Origin: Alphaproteobacteria bacterium
GTDB taxonomy: Bacteria > Pseudomonadota > Alphaproteobacteria > JBFXJJ01
Assembly: GCA_050175015.1 (NCBI GenBank)
Contig: JBFXJJ010000001.1
Span: 224,001 to 288,000 of the forward strand
Direction: 5' to 3'
Length of the DNA: 64,000 nt
The notes beneath the pieces were generated by a model. That model searched no databases, was not told where the DNA came from, and was given only the letters and a program-made list of their open reading frames with translations. The stretch's first letter is position 1. Every line of letters starts with the position of its first letter. This document shows, in pieces, positions 51,519 to 61,411 of the stretch. The position numbers and the translations under genes were made by a program.

Positions 51519-53279
51519 TTAATTTTGTTCTAAATTAAAATAGCCAGCATCAAAACTTGTAGAACCGTCTTTTTTTATTAGATTTATTTCTGCATGCCAT
51601 ATTTTTCCAGGCTGTTCTTTATAATAGCTGATAGTTTTATCTTTAATAACAAAGCTAACCTCAAAAAGATTATCAACAATATTTTTTATACTGATTATTG
51701 TAGTTTCATAATCTTTAAAGTCATGTTGCAAAAGAAGCATTTCTTTATATAAAGGCTGCTGCAACTGCTGAAAAAGATATTTTGCGATAAAAAGCTGTTC
51801 TAGGCTTTGTTCAGGATTGGGATAGAGCTGTTCTGACGAGCTTTTATAATCGTGAACCAAAAATCTATGGGGCATTATTTGAGCAAATTTATCGTTAGCT
51901 GAATTAGGGACAATAACAGTTCTAAAACTTGCTTGCCATACCCGTTCCTCTGTAAGATTGTTGTTATCAAAATCTCTTGTGAGAAAAGTTGCACGCCATT
52001 CTTTACCGCCAACGGTATCGATTTTATTTCCTAGATCTTCAACTGCGAGAATTTCAAAGTCTCTTGTCATTTTGCTTTTGGAGAAAACGTCAAATAAGAA
52101 AACAGCTTTAACATAAAAATCAATAAAGGTTTTTTCTGAGCTTAGTTCTTTGATTTTTCCATTTAATCCCCAATCATTACGCATCTGTTCTGCATTATCG
52201 GTGATGCTGTGACGCATTTTAAGATAATCAATAATCATTTGCGGAGTGTCTTCCATAACACCTTTGCTTGGCGCATCTATATAGAGGATTTCATTATCAG
52301 AATTTTGAGCATAGAGCTCTTGTTTGGTTACCATAAACCCTGATGGATTATTGAAACCTTCAAAAAAATAAGAAACGCCAGAAAGTGGTTCGTTTACGCC
52401 ATCAAACAAAGCATCACTTTTCCTAAAATCTATAGTTAAAACAGCTTGCCAATTTCTAATCAAAGGTTCTTCTTTATCTGGGAAATAATCGAAACTTTTA
52501 AAGTATACCCGCCACTTATCAGAAGAAATTTTTTCGGCGTCATCTATTAAAATGCTGCGTTCTAAGTTTTGAATATTAAATCGTGCTAAATCTTGCGCCA
52601 GCCCTTCAGAGATGTTCTGGTAATTTTCTAAAGAAGATATCTGGCGTAAAGGCCCTCGTTCTCCCCAGTAAATTGCAGTGTCTTCAATAGAGCCAAAGGT
52701 GCTGAATCTTAAACTGATATATCTTGAAACAAGTTCTTTGATATTAGCCATTTTAGAAGGCAGTTTTCGCAAAGGTTTCTCTTCTTGCGCATAGTAATTG
52801 ACAATAAAACTGGCTTTTTGAGATAAATTTTTCAGGGTTTTAATATCATCTGATATAGAAGAGGCGTAAATAACAGCTTTCCATTTACGAGAAATAATTT
52901 CTTCGTAATTTTCGGCGACATCTTTAGTAATGAATTCCGTTTCCCAAACGCCTGGTTGTTTTTTATCAAAGGTTATAAATTCAACATCTCGTTCGATTCT
53001 TTTATTCATAACAATATCTTGTTCTTTAAGAGCATTATCGGCAAATTCGGCACATACCGAATCGGAAGAGTAGTAACATACCCCGTGTTTTCCTCCCCAT
53101 CTAGCCGCCATTTTGTCAGGGTCTTTAACTATAGTGTTTCGTAAGGTAACGTATTCTTTAATTAAAAGGTCATCTTTATCTAGGGCTTTGCTAGAGCTCA
53201 TAAAAGAAGGTCTAATTACGGCAAATAAGGCCGCGAGCATAAGAAAGATTGCAGTCAAAACGTGAGATAACTTGTTCAT
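51519..53279 (-). CDS. Membrane-anchored protein with tandem VirB8-like domains
   Basis: N-terminal TM; three repeats of Y(V/I/L)xxR...WG...SS...W...F...D...RxWxA plus a degenerate fourth; NPSGFMV in repeat 2 matches the VirB8 NPxGF motif. Confidence 0.65.
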   Translation of the reverse strand: MNKLSHVLTAIFLMLAALFAVIRPSFMSSSKALDKDDLLIKEYVTLRNTIVKDPDKMAARWGGKHGVCYYSSDSVCAEFADNALKEQDIVMNKRIERDVEFITFDKKQPGVWETEFITKDVAENYEEIISRKWKAVIYASSISDDIKTLKNLSQKASFIVNYYAQEEKPLRKLPSKMANIKELVSRYISLRFSTFGSIEDTAIYWGERGPLRQISSLENYQNISEGLAQDLARFNIQNLERSILIDDAEKISSDKWRVYFKSFDYFPDKEEPLIRNWQAVLTIDFRKSDALFDGVNEPLSGVSYFFEGFNNPSGFMVTKQELYAQNSDNEILYIDAPSKGVMEDTPQMIIDYLKMRHSITDNAEQMRNDWGLNGKIKELSSEKTFIDFYVKAVFLFDVFSKSKMTRDFEILAVEDLGNKIDTVGGKEWRATFLTRDFDNNNLTEERVWQASFRTVIVPNSANDKFAQIMPHRFLVHDYKSSSEQLYPNPEQSLEQLFIAKYLFQQLQQPLYKEMLLLQHDFKDYETTIISIKNIVDNLFEVSFVIKDKTISYYKEQPGKIWHAEINLIKKDGSTSFDAGYFNLEQN

Positions 53280-53402
53280 CTAAAAAAACCCTTAAAATTT
53301 TATATAATTTTTATCAACTCTTCTTGATATTTATTTTTAAAGTATTAGGCTTTATCTTTTAATATAAATCTAACCTTAACTGTTTTTTTTAGGAAATAAA
53401 AT

Positions 53403-56400
53403 ATGACTATGAACTGGGTTGAAAATTTTTCAAAGACCTTAGTTGAAAAACTTGGGCAAAAAAAAGGCGAAAGTTTTGTAAAAAGATATGCTAATTCATT
53501 TAAATCCAATTATCACGACCGTTTTGATGCCGAAAGTGCATACAAAGATGTTTTAAACATAGAAGAAGTTGCAAAAACTGGAAAACCTTCAACCTATCTT
53601 TATGAACCAGAGAAAAAAGACGGAAACAAGGTCTGTTTTAAACTTTATTATCCAAGAGAATCCGCGGTTCTTTCTGATGTTATTCCTATGCTTGAGCATA
53701 TGAGTTTTAAGATTTTAACAGAAATTCCTTATCAATGCTCATTTCAAGATGCTAAAGAAACTGATGATATTAAATCAGTATGGGTACATAACTTTACAAT
53801 GGTTCGTATGGATAAAAGTAAGGTTGATGTCGAAAAAATAAGAGACGATTTTCAAGAAGCCTTTAAAAAGGTTATGGACGGTGATGTTGACGATGATGGT
53901 TTTAACTGCCTTATTTTAGTTGCAGGGCTTAATTGGCGTGAGGTTTCAATTGTTAGAGCTTATGCTCGTTATTTAAGACAAGCAGGTATTACACTTTCTC
54001 AGGACTACATTAACTCTGCTTTGGCAGCAAACCCTGAGATTACTAAAATGCTGGTTGATTACTTTGAATCTAAATTTAATCCTGCAGCAAGTGTCAGAAA
54101 AACATCAGCTGCCAAAATAGCTGAAATTGATGCTAAGATTAAAGCTGCTCTTGATAATGTAACAAGTGCAGAGGAAGACCGTATTATAAGATATATTGTA
54201 AATCTTTTAGAATGCACTCTTCGTACTAATTTTTATCAATCAAAAGCAAAAAATTACATTTCTTTTAAACTAAACAGCAAGGAAATTTATGATTTGCCTC
54301 TGCCACGTCCAATGGTGGAAATCTTTGTTTACTCTCCTCGTATGGAAGGCATTCATTTAAGAGGCGGCAAAGTTGCTAGGGGTGGTATTCGCTGGTCAGA
54401 CCGCCACGAAGATTACAGAACTGAAATATTAGGTTTGGTTAAAGCCCAAATGGTTAAAAATGTGGTTATCGTTCCAACAGGTTCTAAGGGCGGATTCGTC
54501 TGCAAAAAAATGCCTTACAATGGAACCAGAGAAGAAATCTTGGCTGAGGGCATCGAATGTTATAAAACATTAATGCGTGGTATTTTAGACCTCACAGATA
54601 ACATAGATTTAAAGAATGATAAAATTGTTCCTCCTGAAGATGTTGTTCGTTATGATGAAGACGATCCTTATCTTGTTGTGGCCGCGGATAAAGGAACAGC
54701 AAGCTTTTCCGATATTGCAAATGGTGTTTCTCAAGAATATGGTTTCTGGCTTGGCGATGCTTTTGCTTCTGGCGGTTCAGTCGGTTTCAGTCATAAAGAT
54801 ATGGCGATTACTGCAAAGGGCGCTTGGGAATGCGTTAAGCGTCATTTCCGCGAAATTGGCGTTAATATTCAAACGACTGATTTTCAAGTGGCGGGTGTCG
54901 GTGATATGTCTGGCGACGTATTCGGCAATGGTATGCTCTTGTCAGAACATATTAAATTAGTAGCAGCGTTTGACCATCGTAATATTTTTATTGATCCTAA
55001 TCCAGATCCTAAGAAATCATTTAAAGAAAGAGAACGTATGTTCGCTTTACCTCGCTCAAGTTGGGAAGATTATAACCAAGAGCTAATTTCTGAGGGCGGC
55101 GGTATTTTTAGCCGTAAAGCTAAAAGCATTACGCTTTCAAAAGAAATTAAAAATCTTTTGAATATTAAAGAAAGCAGCCTCACGCCTAATAATTTAATTA
55201 AAGCCATTTTAAGATCTAATATCGATTTGTTATGGTTTGGAGGTATTGGTACTTATGTTAAATCTTCGGCGCAAAGAGATTCTGATGTCGGCGATAGAAG
55301 CAATGATGCCTGCCGCATTAATGCTAACGAAATCAAAGCAAAGGTTGTGGGTGAAGGTGCCAATCTTGGTATGACACAAAAAGCTCGTATTGAATACTGC
55401 TTAAATGGCGGCCGTTGCAATACTGATGCTATTGATAATTCTGCTGGTGTTAATTGTTCTGATATCGAAGTGAACTTCAAAATTTTATTAAATGATATTA
55501 TTTCATCGGGTAAGATGGATATTAAGGGACGTAATAAACTGCTGGTAGAGCTTACAAGTGATGTTTCTAAGTTAAGTATGAGAGCTAATCAGCTTCAGGG
55601 GCAGGCTTTAAGCCTAATGCTTGCTCAAGGCACTTCGATTATGAGTGAGCAAAAAGACTTATTTAAGTTTTTAGAAGAAGATGGGCTTCTTAATAGAGAT
55701 GTTGAGTTTTTACCATCTAATGACGAAATGGACGATAGATTTTCAAAAGGTCAAGGGCTTACTAGACCTGAGCTTTCTATTTTAATGCCATATTCTAAAA
55801 TTTGGCTTTATAAACAAATTATAGAAAGCGATCTGCCAGATGATCCAATGCTTACAGAGCGGGCTTTGTTTAATTATTTTCCTAAACAAATTCGTGAAAA
55901 ATATGGTGAATTTATTAAGAGACATCGTTTACGTCGTGAAATAATTGCTAAACAGATTACCAATACTTTAATTAATCGTGTTGGTGGAACATTTGTTACC
56001 TCTCTTATGGAAAAAACGGGAATGCCTCCTTCAATGATTGCTAGGGCGTTTCTCGTAGCTGTTATTTCATTTTCGATTAATGATATCTGGGATAGTATTG
56101 AAGCTTTAGACAACAAAGTTGATGCCAAAGTTCAGACAATGATGCTGATCGAAATTAACCGTATTTTAGAAAGAATTACGCAGTGGATTTTAAGAAGAGG
56201 TCCAGCAAAAATTGATTTAACATTAGTTACCAAAGAATTCAAAAACAATGTTGATGATGTTGCCGCCTCTATTGATGCAGCGCTTGCAGCCGTAAATGAC
56301 AGCTATATTAAGGATTTTGCTAAAATTTATATGGATCAAGGTGTTCCTGAAATATTGTCGCGTCGTGTTGCTAGCATACCGTTACTTTCTTCTGGGCTTG

Positions 56401-56819
56401 ATATTGGTCAACTATCCAGAAAATATGGTGTTCCAATAGAAATAGTCTGCAGTATTTATTTTGCTATCGGTAAAGATTTTGATTTAAGATGGATGAGAGA
56501 TTCTCTCAGAAAAGATGTCTTTATTGACAGCCACTGGAAGCATCTTGCCGTTTTTGGCATTGAAGAATCGCTGTTTGCTCAGCAGCGTTCAATTGTTGCT
56601 CGTATTTTGGAATATCTTGGCAAAGATATTGTTAAACTTGCGAAGAAGGATCCTTCTTTTGAAGGTGCAATTAATTCATGGAAAACGGAGCATGAGTATA
56701 TCGTAAAACGTATATCCAAAGTAATTCGTGATATTAAAGCATCAAATAAAGTTGATTTAGCAATGATGATGGTTATGACACGCAATCTAAGAGCTTTGTC
56801 GGAACCACGATTATTGTAA
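53403..56819 (+). CDS. gdhB: NAD-specific glutamate dehydrogenase (large type, N-terminally shortened)
   Basis: RGGIRWSDR, KAQMVKN, DDPYLVVAADKGTA, GDAFASGGS, GVGDMSGDVFGNG, GEGANLG and DNSAGV motifs. Confidence 0.93.
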   Translation: MTMNWVENFSKTLVEKLGQKKGESFVKRYANSFKSNYHDRFDAESAYKDVLNIEEVAKTGKPSTYLYEPEKKDGNKVCFKLYYPRESAVLSDVIPMLEHMSFKILTEIPYQCSFQDAKETDDIKSVWVHNFTMVRMDKSKVDVEKIRDDFQEAFKKVMDGDVDDDGFNCLILVAGLNWREVSIVRAYARYLRQAGITLSQDYINSALAANPEITKMLVDYFESKFNPAASVRKTSAAKIAEIDAKIKAALDNVTSAEEDRIIRYIVNLLECTLRTNFYQSKAKNYISFKLNSKEIYDLPLPRPMVEIFVYSPRMEGIHLRGGKVARGGIRWSDRHEDYRTEILGLVKAQMVKNVVIVPTGSKGGFVCKKMPYNGTREEILAEGIECYKTLMRGILDLTDNIDLKNDKIVPPEDVVRYDEDDPYLVVAADKGTASFSDIANGVSQEYGFWLGDAFASGGSVGFSHKDMAITAKGAWECVKRHFREIGVNIQTTDFQVAGVGDMSGDVFGNGMLLSEHIKLVAAFDHRNIFIDPNPDPKKSFKERERMFALPRSSWEDYNQELISEGGGIFSRKAKSITLSKEIKNLLNIKESSLTPNNLIKAILRSNIDLLWFGGIGTYVKSSAQRDSDVGDRSNDACRINANEIKAKVVGEGANLGMTQKARIEYCLNGGRCNTDAIDNSAGVNCSDIEVNFKILLNDIISSGKMDIKGRNKLLVELTSDVSKLSMRANQLQGQALSLMLAQGTSIMSEQKDLFKFLEEDGLLNRDVEFLPSNDEMDDRFSKGQGLTRPELSILMPYSKIWLYKQIIESDLPDDPMLTERALFNYFPKQIREKYGEFIKRHRLRREIIAKQITNTLINRVGGTFVTSLMEKTGMPPSMIARAFLVAVISFSINDIWDSIEALDNKVDAKVQTMMLIEINRILERITQWILRRGPAKIDLTLVTKEFKNNVDDVAASIDAALAAVNDSYIKDFAKIYMDQGVPEILSRRVASIPLLSSGLDIGQLSRKYGVPIEIVCSIYFAIGKDFDLRWMRDSLRKDVFIDSHWKHLAVFGIEESLFAQQRSIVARILEYLGKDIVKLAKKDPSFEGAINSWKTEHEYIVKRISKVIRDIKASNKVDLAMMMVMTRNLRALSEPRLL

Positions 56820-56842
56820 ATCTATTTTATTCAACAAAAATT

Positions 56843-56886
56843 AAACAAGTGAAAAACTCTTTTATGATAGTTTTTCACTTGTTTTT
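56843..56886 (+). terminator. Terminator after gdh
   Basis: aaacaagtgaaaaact...agtttttcacttgttttt. Confidence 0.7.
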
Positions 56887-57020
56887 CTTGTAATACAACA
56901 AAAATATAATAACGAGATTGATACATATTTAGAAAAATAAATAAAAAATAACAAACTTATAAATAATATCAAGATAGTTTATAATAATACGCTTGTTTTT
57001 TTTCTTGTTATCTTTTAAAG

Positions 57021-57252
57021 TCTAGAAGGTTTGCAAGAGTTTGCAGACTAGGGCGTCGAAACCCTTTGATGTGTGCAGCTTGGCACAGGCTGATTTATTT
57101 ATGTGTCGCCTCGGTCCTAGGGTCGGGGTGATAACAGTGTATGTACAAGTTCCCTCCCCCAAGAGATAGGACTAAAGACTGTTATGCCTTTTTACATCAA
57201 GGTTTTCGAACACCCCGACCGCCAAGCTAAGCTATTTTGGCGGTCACATCGG
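57021..57252 (+). ncRNA. Candidate structured RNA / cis-regulatory leader upstream of an MCP
   Basis: About 48% GC in very AT-rich flanks; outer stem 57056-57072/57194-57209; internal hairpins with G-U pairs favouring the + strand; no family recognised. Confidence 0.5.
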
Positions 57253-57362
57253 TATGCAGTAATTTTATTGATACATAACTGAAACGATTAAGAAATATTC
57301 TTGATACAGAAATATGCTTTAATAAGATTATTGTTGTTAGTACTTTTTATAGGGGACAGGCT

Positions 57363-59066
57363 ATGTTTGCTGTAGTAACAAGGTTAAAATTTTCTCAAAA
57401 AATTATTATTTCATCTATGTTATCGCTATTAGTATTAGGCGGAACTTTGACAGTGCAGTCATCACGCGGCATTAAACAGGAAATGCTTCAAATGGCTCAA
57501 GAAGACCAAAATACTTCTCTTAATGTATTAAAAGCAATTTTTGCTAATATGGGCAGTGAGATCAAAATATCCGATAATAAGTTGATGGTAGGAGAACATA
57601 TTGTTAATAATGATTATCTTATAGTTGATAGAGTGAAAAACATCTCTGGTGGTGTTGCAACAATCTTTATGAAAACTATAAAAAACGGTTCAATTGAATT
57701 TGAGCGCGTGTCAACTAATATTGTAAATGACAGCGGAAATAGAGCTGTTGGAACTCTTTTAGCTAAGGGTGCTGTTTATGATAGTATGATGAATGGCAAA
57801 ACATTTTTTGGTGAGGCTGATATCTTAGGTAAAAGCTATTTTACAGCTTATGAGCCGATAAAAGACAGCCGAGGTGAAATTGTTGGCATTTATTTTGTTG
57901 GTTTATTACAAAGCGATTTCTTAGGTATTATTAACAAAACAATAAATGATTTGGTTCTTATTTCATTAGTAACAGTTATTGTTATCACTTTGCTTTTGAC
58001 TATTTTCTTCAAGAAACAACTTAAAGTTATGTTAGATTTAAATAATGTAATGGGCGATATTTCAAACGGGGACTTTAACATAAAAGTTCCAGGACAAAGC
58101 CGTTATGACGAAATCGGCGATATGGCAAGAGCTGTTGAAGTGTTTAAAGAAAATGGTATTAAGACCAAAGAGCTCGAAGAAGCTCAGAAACAAGCTGAGA
58201 TTAGAGCTGCCAAGGAAAAGAAAGAAATGATGCATAAAATGGCAGATGACTTTGAAAAAGCAGTTATGGGTATTGTTGACGCTGTATCTGCTGCCGCTAC
58301 CGAAATGAATTCGACGGCTGAGAATATGTCAGCTATTTCCGAAGAAACAGCTCAGCAGGCAACCGCAGTTGCCGCAGCTTCCGAACAAGCTGCTGCGAAC
58401 GTTCAAACTGTTGCCGCCGCTGCTGAAGAACTTTCCAACTCTATTGCTGAAATTTCAAGGCAGGTGACAGAAGAATCAGCTATAGCTAGACAGGCTGTAG
58501 AAGAGGTTCACACAACAAATGCTGTGGTTGGCGGACTTGTTCAATCCGCTCAAAGAATTAGTGAAGTTGTTGAACTCATCACTGATATTGCCAATCAAAC
58601 GAATTTACTTGCTCTTAATGCAACGATTGAAGCTGCTCGTGCTGGTGATGCTGGCAAGGGATTTGCTGTTGTTGCTAGTGAAGTTAAGAATCTTGCTAAT
58701 CAAACAGCAAGGGCAACGGAAGATATTTCTAATCAAATTTCTGATGTTCAGGGTAAAACTAATCAGGCGGTATCAGCTATTACTAACATCGGGTCTGTTA
58801 TCGATAAGATTGATGAAATATCAGCTGCAATCGCTTCTGCTGTTGAACAACAAGGCGCAGCAACATCTGAGATTTCACGTAATGTTGAACAAGCATCACA
58901 GGGAACAGCTGAAGTATCTAATAATATTGTTGGCGTAACACAGGCTGCAGGTGAGGCTGGTTCAGCGGCTAACCAAGTTTTGACAGCATCTAAAGAACTT
59001 GCTCAAAAGTCAGTTCTTTTAAGAGATGAAGTTAAAAACTTTATTGTAAAAATTAGAGCATCATAG
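57363..59066 (+). CDS. Methyl-accepting chemotaxis protein (Cache sensor domain, HAMP)
   Basis: TM1; Cache-type ATIF...RVSTN...GNRAVGT...[10 protein letters not shown]; TM2; DEIGDMARA; [17 protein letters not shown]. Confidence 0.95.
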   Translation: MFAVVTRLKFSQKIIISSMLSLLVLGGTLTVQSSRGIKQEMLQMAQEDQNTSLNVLKAIFANMGSEIKISDNKLMVGEHIVNNDYLIVDRVKNISGGVATIFMKTIKNGSIEFERVSTNIVNDSGNRAVGTLLAKGAVYDSMMNGKTFFGEADILGKSYFTAYEPIKDSRGEIVGIYFVGLLQSDFLGIINKTINDLVLISLVTVIVITLLLTIFFKKQLKVMLDLNNVMGDISNGDFNIKVPGQSRYDEIGDMARAVEVFKENGIKTKELEEAQKQAEIRAAKEKKEMMHKMADDFEKAVMGIVDAVSAAATEMNSTAENMSAISEETAQQATAVAAASEQAAANVQTVAAAAEELSNSIAEISRQVTEESAIARQAVEEVHTTNAVVGGLVQSAQRISEVVELITDIANQTNLLALNATIEAARAGDAGKGFAVVASEVKNLANQTARATEDISNQISDVQGKTNQAVSAITNIGSVIDKIDEISAAIASAVEQQGAATSEISRNVEQASQGTAEVSNNIVGVTQAAGEAGSAANQVLTASKELAQKSVLLRDEVKNFIVKIRAS

Positions 59067-59096
59067 TTTTTATAAAGATATTTCTGTTTTTAGTTA

Positions 59097-59142
59097 ATAG
59101 GCTTGAATTAGATGACTTTTAGGTTTTCTAATTCAAGCCTAA
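59097..59142 (+). terminator. Hairpin after the MCP
   Basis: taggcttgaattaga...tctaattcaagccta 15-bp stem. Confidence 0.6.
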
Positions 59143-59586
59143 CTATTTTTTATGAAATTTTTGCCAATCTTTTGACATAAATTTGCATTTGGCAAAATTG
59201 ATTTAACTAAAATTCCTGAGAAGTACTCAAATTAAGAATTGTTGATAATATTATTGAAGCATATTTTCAATATTTTTATTGAAACTACTTTATTTTCAAT
59301 AACTAATAATACTTTTTATTTTATACTTAAAAAGATTTTCTAACAAAAGAACTTTGAGGTATTAAAATCACTTTGTATCGTTTTAACAAAATTTTTAAGA
59401 AAAACAATCGCTTGTTATAAAATAACAGTAAATGTGAAGTGTTGTCGAAAAACCACAGTATTATTAAAAAAGCATTTTATTACTCTTGAAATGGACAAAA
59501 AGAAAATTTTTTCTTTAAACAAAAAAGCACTTATGATAGAAGGTAGGTATATTTTAAACATTTGCACAACTTAAGGGGTATGAGTA

Positions 59587-61317
59587 ATGGCAGAAGATGT
59601 AAAAGATAAAGTTTCAGGATTTTTAAAGAAGGATTTAAAAATTTTTGTTTGTGGTGATACTACCAAAAGACCAGATGATGTTTTTAGACAGTCATCAATA
59701 ATGCTTTTAAATAAAAAGGCCGATGGCCGCACTATTTATGCTGAACCAGCAAAAGATCAAAGAGGTGTTGTCGATATTAGTTTTGACAAACCTGTTGCTG
59801 GCGGCGAAATTGAGAAATCTACAACGAGATCAAGCAGAGATTTCACAGAATTATCAAATGTCTTAAAAGAACTAGGCAATGTTACTTGGGTTATGGATAA
59901 AGATGCCATTTTAAGAACATTTGCTCTTGATACCGATCCTAACAAGACAAAACTTAAGGCCTTTGAAAAACATTTAGCGGCGTTTTCTAAAGAAGAAAAC
60001 AATGAATTGACCAGCCAGCTTAGCTATAGAGATAAGCAAATGCTTTATAAAGAAGTTATGGAAAAAGAAAACAATCCATTTTCTTTAGCAATTCCATCAA
60101 CTACCATTGATGGCAATGTTGGCGTTATTAACCCAGCAGATGCAGATATGCCAATTCATGATATGTTTTTCCCATATTTGGCAGAAAAGGGTATTGGCTT
60201 GGAAGAGTATAACCAATTTATTAATACTCATGAAGCAGGACATGCTAACGATAGACGTAATCACAGAACGCAATTCAGTGATAAGGCAGAAACTAATTGG
60301 ATGCGCCACAGAACAGAATGCGTAGCTGATACATTCTCAACTCTTATGCTTGCAAGAAAAACAGGAAATACTAATGTTGGTGAGCTTGCTGCGGATGTTC
60401 GTAACGAATTAACAGTTCAAGGTTTAGCATATATACAAAAATATCTTGATAAACAAAGACAAGAACAGCTTGGTGATGGCGTTGCCTTTAGAATTTCAAG
60501 CTTATCTAAATCTCTTTCAGAATATGCTGATGATAATTTTGAAGACAGACCATACGTTGGTAGTGCTGCTTTGAAGAAATTTATGGAAGAAGAAAAAGCT
60601 AAAAAAGAAGGTAGGCCTGTTGCCAGAAAACAAGAGCCAAGTTTTGTTGAATCTATTATTAATGATTTTGATGGCAAATTGACGGCTTCTGCTTTTTCTA
60701 GAACACCTGAAGATGTTTTAGGCTCAATCATCGCATACACAACAACGCCAACGGTTGATGCAACAATAAAAGTTGCAAAAGAAAAACTTAAAGATGGCAG
60801 CTTGCAGGCAATGTCAACTAAAGAAGTTTATTCTTTGGCAGAAAAAATGGTTGATGAAAATACTTTCAGCAAAGAAAAAGTTGCGAAAATGATTTCCAGC
60901 TTTATGAAGGGCGAAACAATGCCTGAGTTTGAAGCTATTTTCAAACGCAGAGCTGAATCAGGTTTAACTGTTACAGATAACAAAAAAGTTAAAGCTGAAG
61001 AAATGACAGGGAAACAAACAGCAGATTATGACAGAGGTTTCAGAGCAAAAATTGCATCTGATTCTAAAGTAGATGTTATAAATGCAGTTGAAACTGAGAA
61101 GGATAGATTAAGAGCTATCGATCCATTTAAAGCTAGTTATGTTACAGCTCATAGCAAAATTGAACATCTTAATGATAAATACATTGATGGCAATGGGAGC
61201 AAATCTAGAGATGCGGTTAAAGCTAAAATCTTAGCAAACAAAGATAAAACCAAAAAAGCCAAAGGCAAAAAACAGCCTTCTGTTGCTAACTTGGTTAATA
61301 AAAGCAAAACTAGATAA
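59587..61317 (+). CDS. Hypothetical protein with HExxH zinc-metalloprotease-like motif and basic C-terminal tail
   Basis: INTHEAGHA followed by TECVADTFS (ExxAD); ends ...KQPSVANLVNKSKTR. Confidence 0.7.
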   Translation: MAEDVKDKVSGFLKKDLKIFVCGDTTKRPDDVFRQSSIMLLNKKADGRTIYAEPAKDQRGVVDISFDKPVAGGEIEKSTTRSSRDFTELSNVLKELGNVTWVMDKDAILRTFALDTDPNKTKLKAFEKHLAAFSKEENNELTSQLSYRDKQMLYKEVMEKENNPFSLAIPSTTIDGNVGVINPADADMPIHDMFFPYLAEKGIGLEEYNQFINTHEAGHANDRRNHRTQFSDKAETNWMRHRTECVADTFSTLMLARKTGNTNVGELAADVRNELTVQGLAYIQKYLDKQRQEQLGDGVAFRISSLSKSLSEYADDNFEDRPYVGSAALKKFMEEEKAKKEGRPVARKQEPSFVESIINDFDGKLTASAFSRTPEDVLGSIIAYTTTPTVDATIKVAKEKLKDGSLQAMSTKEVYSLAEKMVDENTFSKEKVAKMISSFMKGETMPEFEAIFKRRAESGLTVTDNKKVKAEEMTGKQTADYDRGFRAKIASDSKVDVINAVETEKDRLRAIDPFKASYVTAHSKIEHLNDKYIDGNGSKSRDAVKAKILANKDKTKKAKGKKQPSVANLVNKSKTR

Positions 61318-61346
61318 TAGCTTTAATTAAAAAAACAATGCTTTTA

Positions 61347-61382
61347 GACACCGCAATTTATTAAATTAGATTGCGGTGTTTT
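61347..61382 (+). terminator. Terminator between the HExxH gene and the aminopeptidase
   Basis: gacaccgcaat...attgcggtgtttt. Confidence 0.75.
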
Positions 61383-61411
61383 AACTAAAAATAGGGAAAA
61401 AAGAGGAACAA

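Noticed and set aside
57021-57252. Assignment as 6S, SRP, tmRNA, c-di-GMP or ZTP riboswitch, or retron msr-msd
   Set aside because: Diagnostic motifs are absent (no GGAAGGAAGCAG, no GCAAA..GAAA..GCAAAG, no tRNA-like ends, branched rather than rod-like), and no reverse transcriptase is in the window.
59252-59301. Two tandem tattgaa...ttcaata palindromes
   Set aside because: Very AT-rich context with unequal spacers; chance occurrence is plausible.
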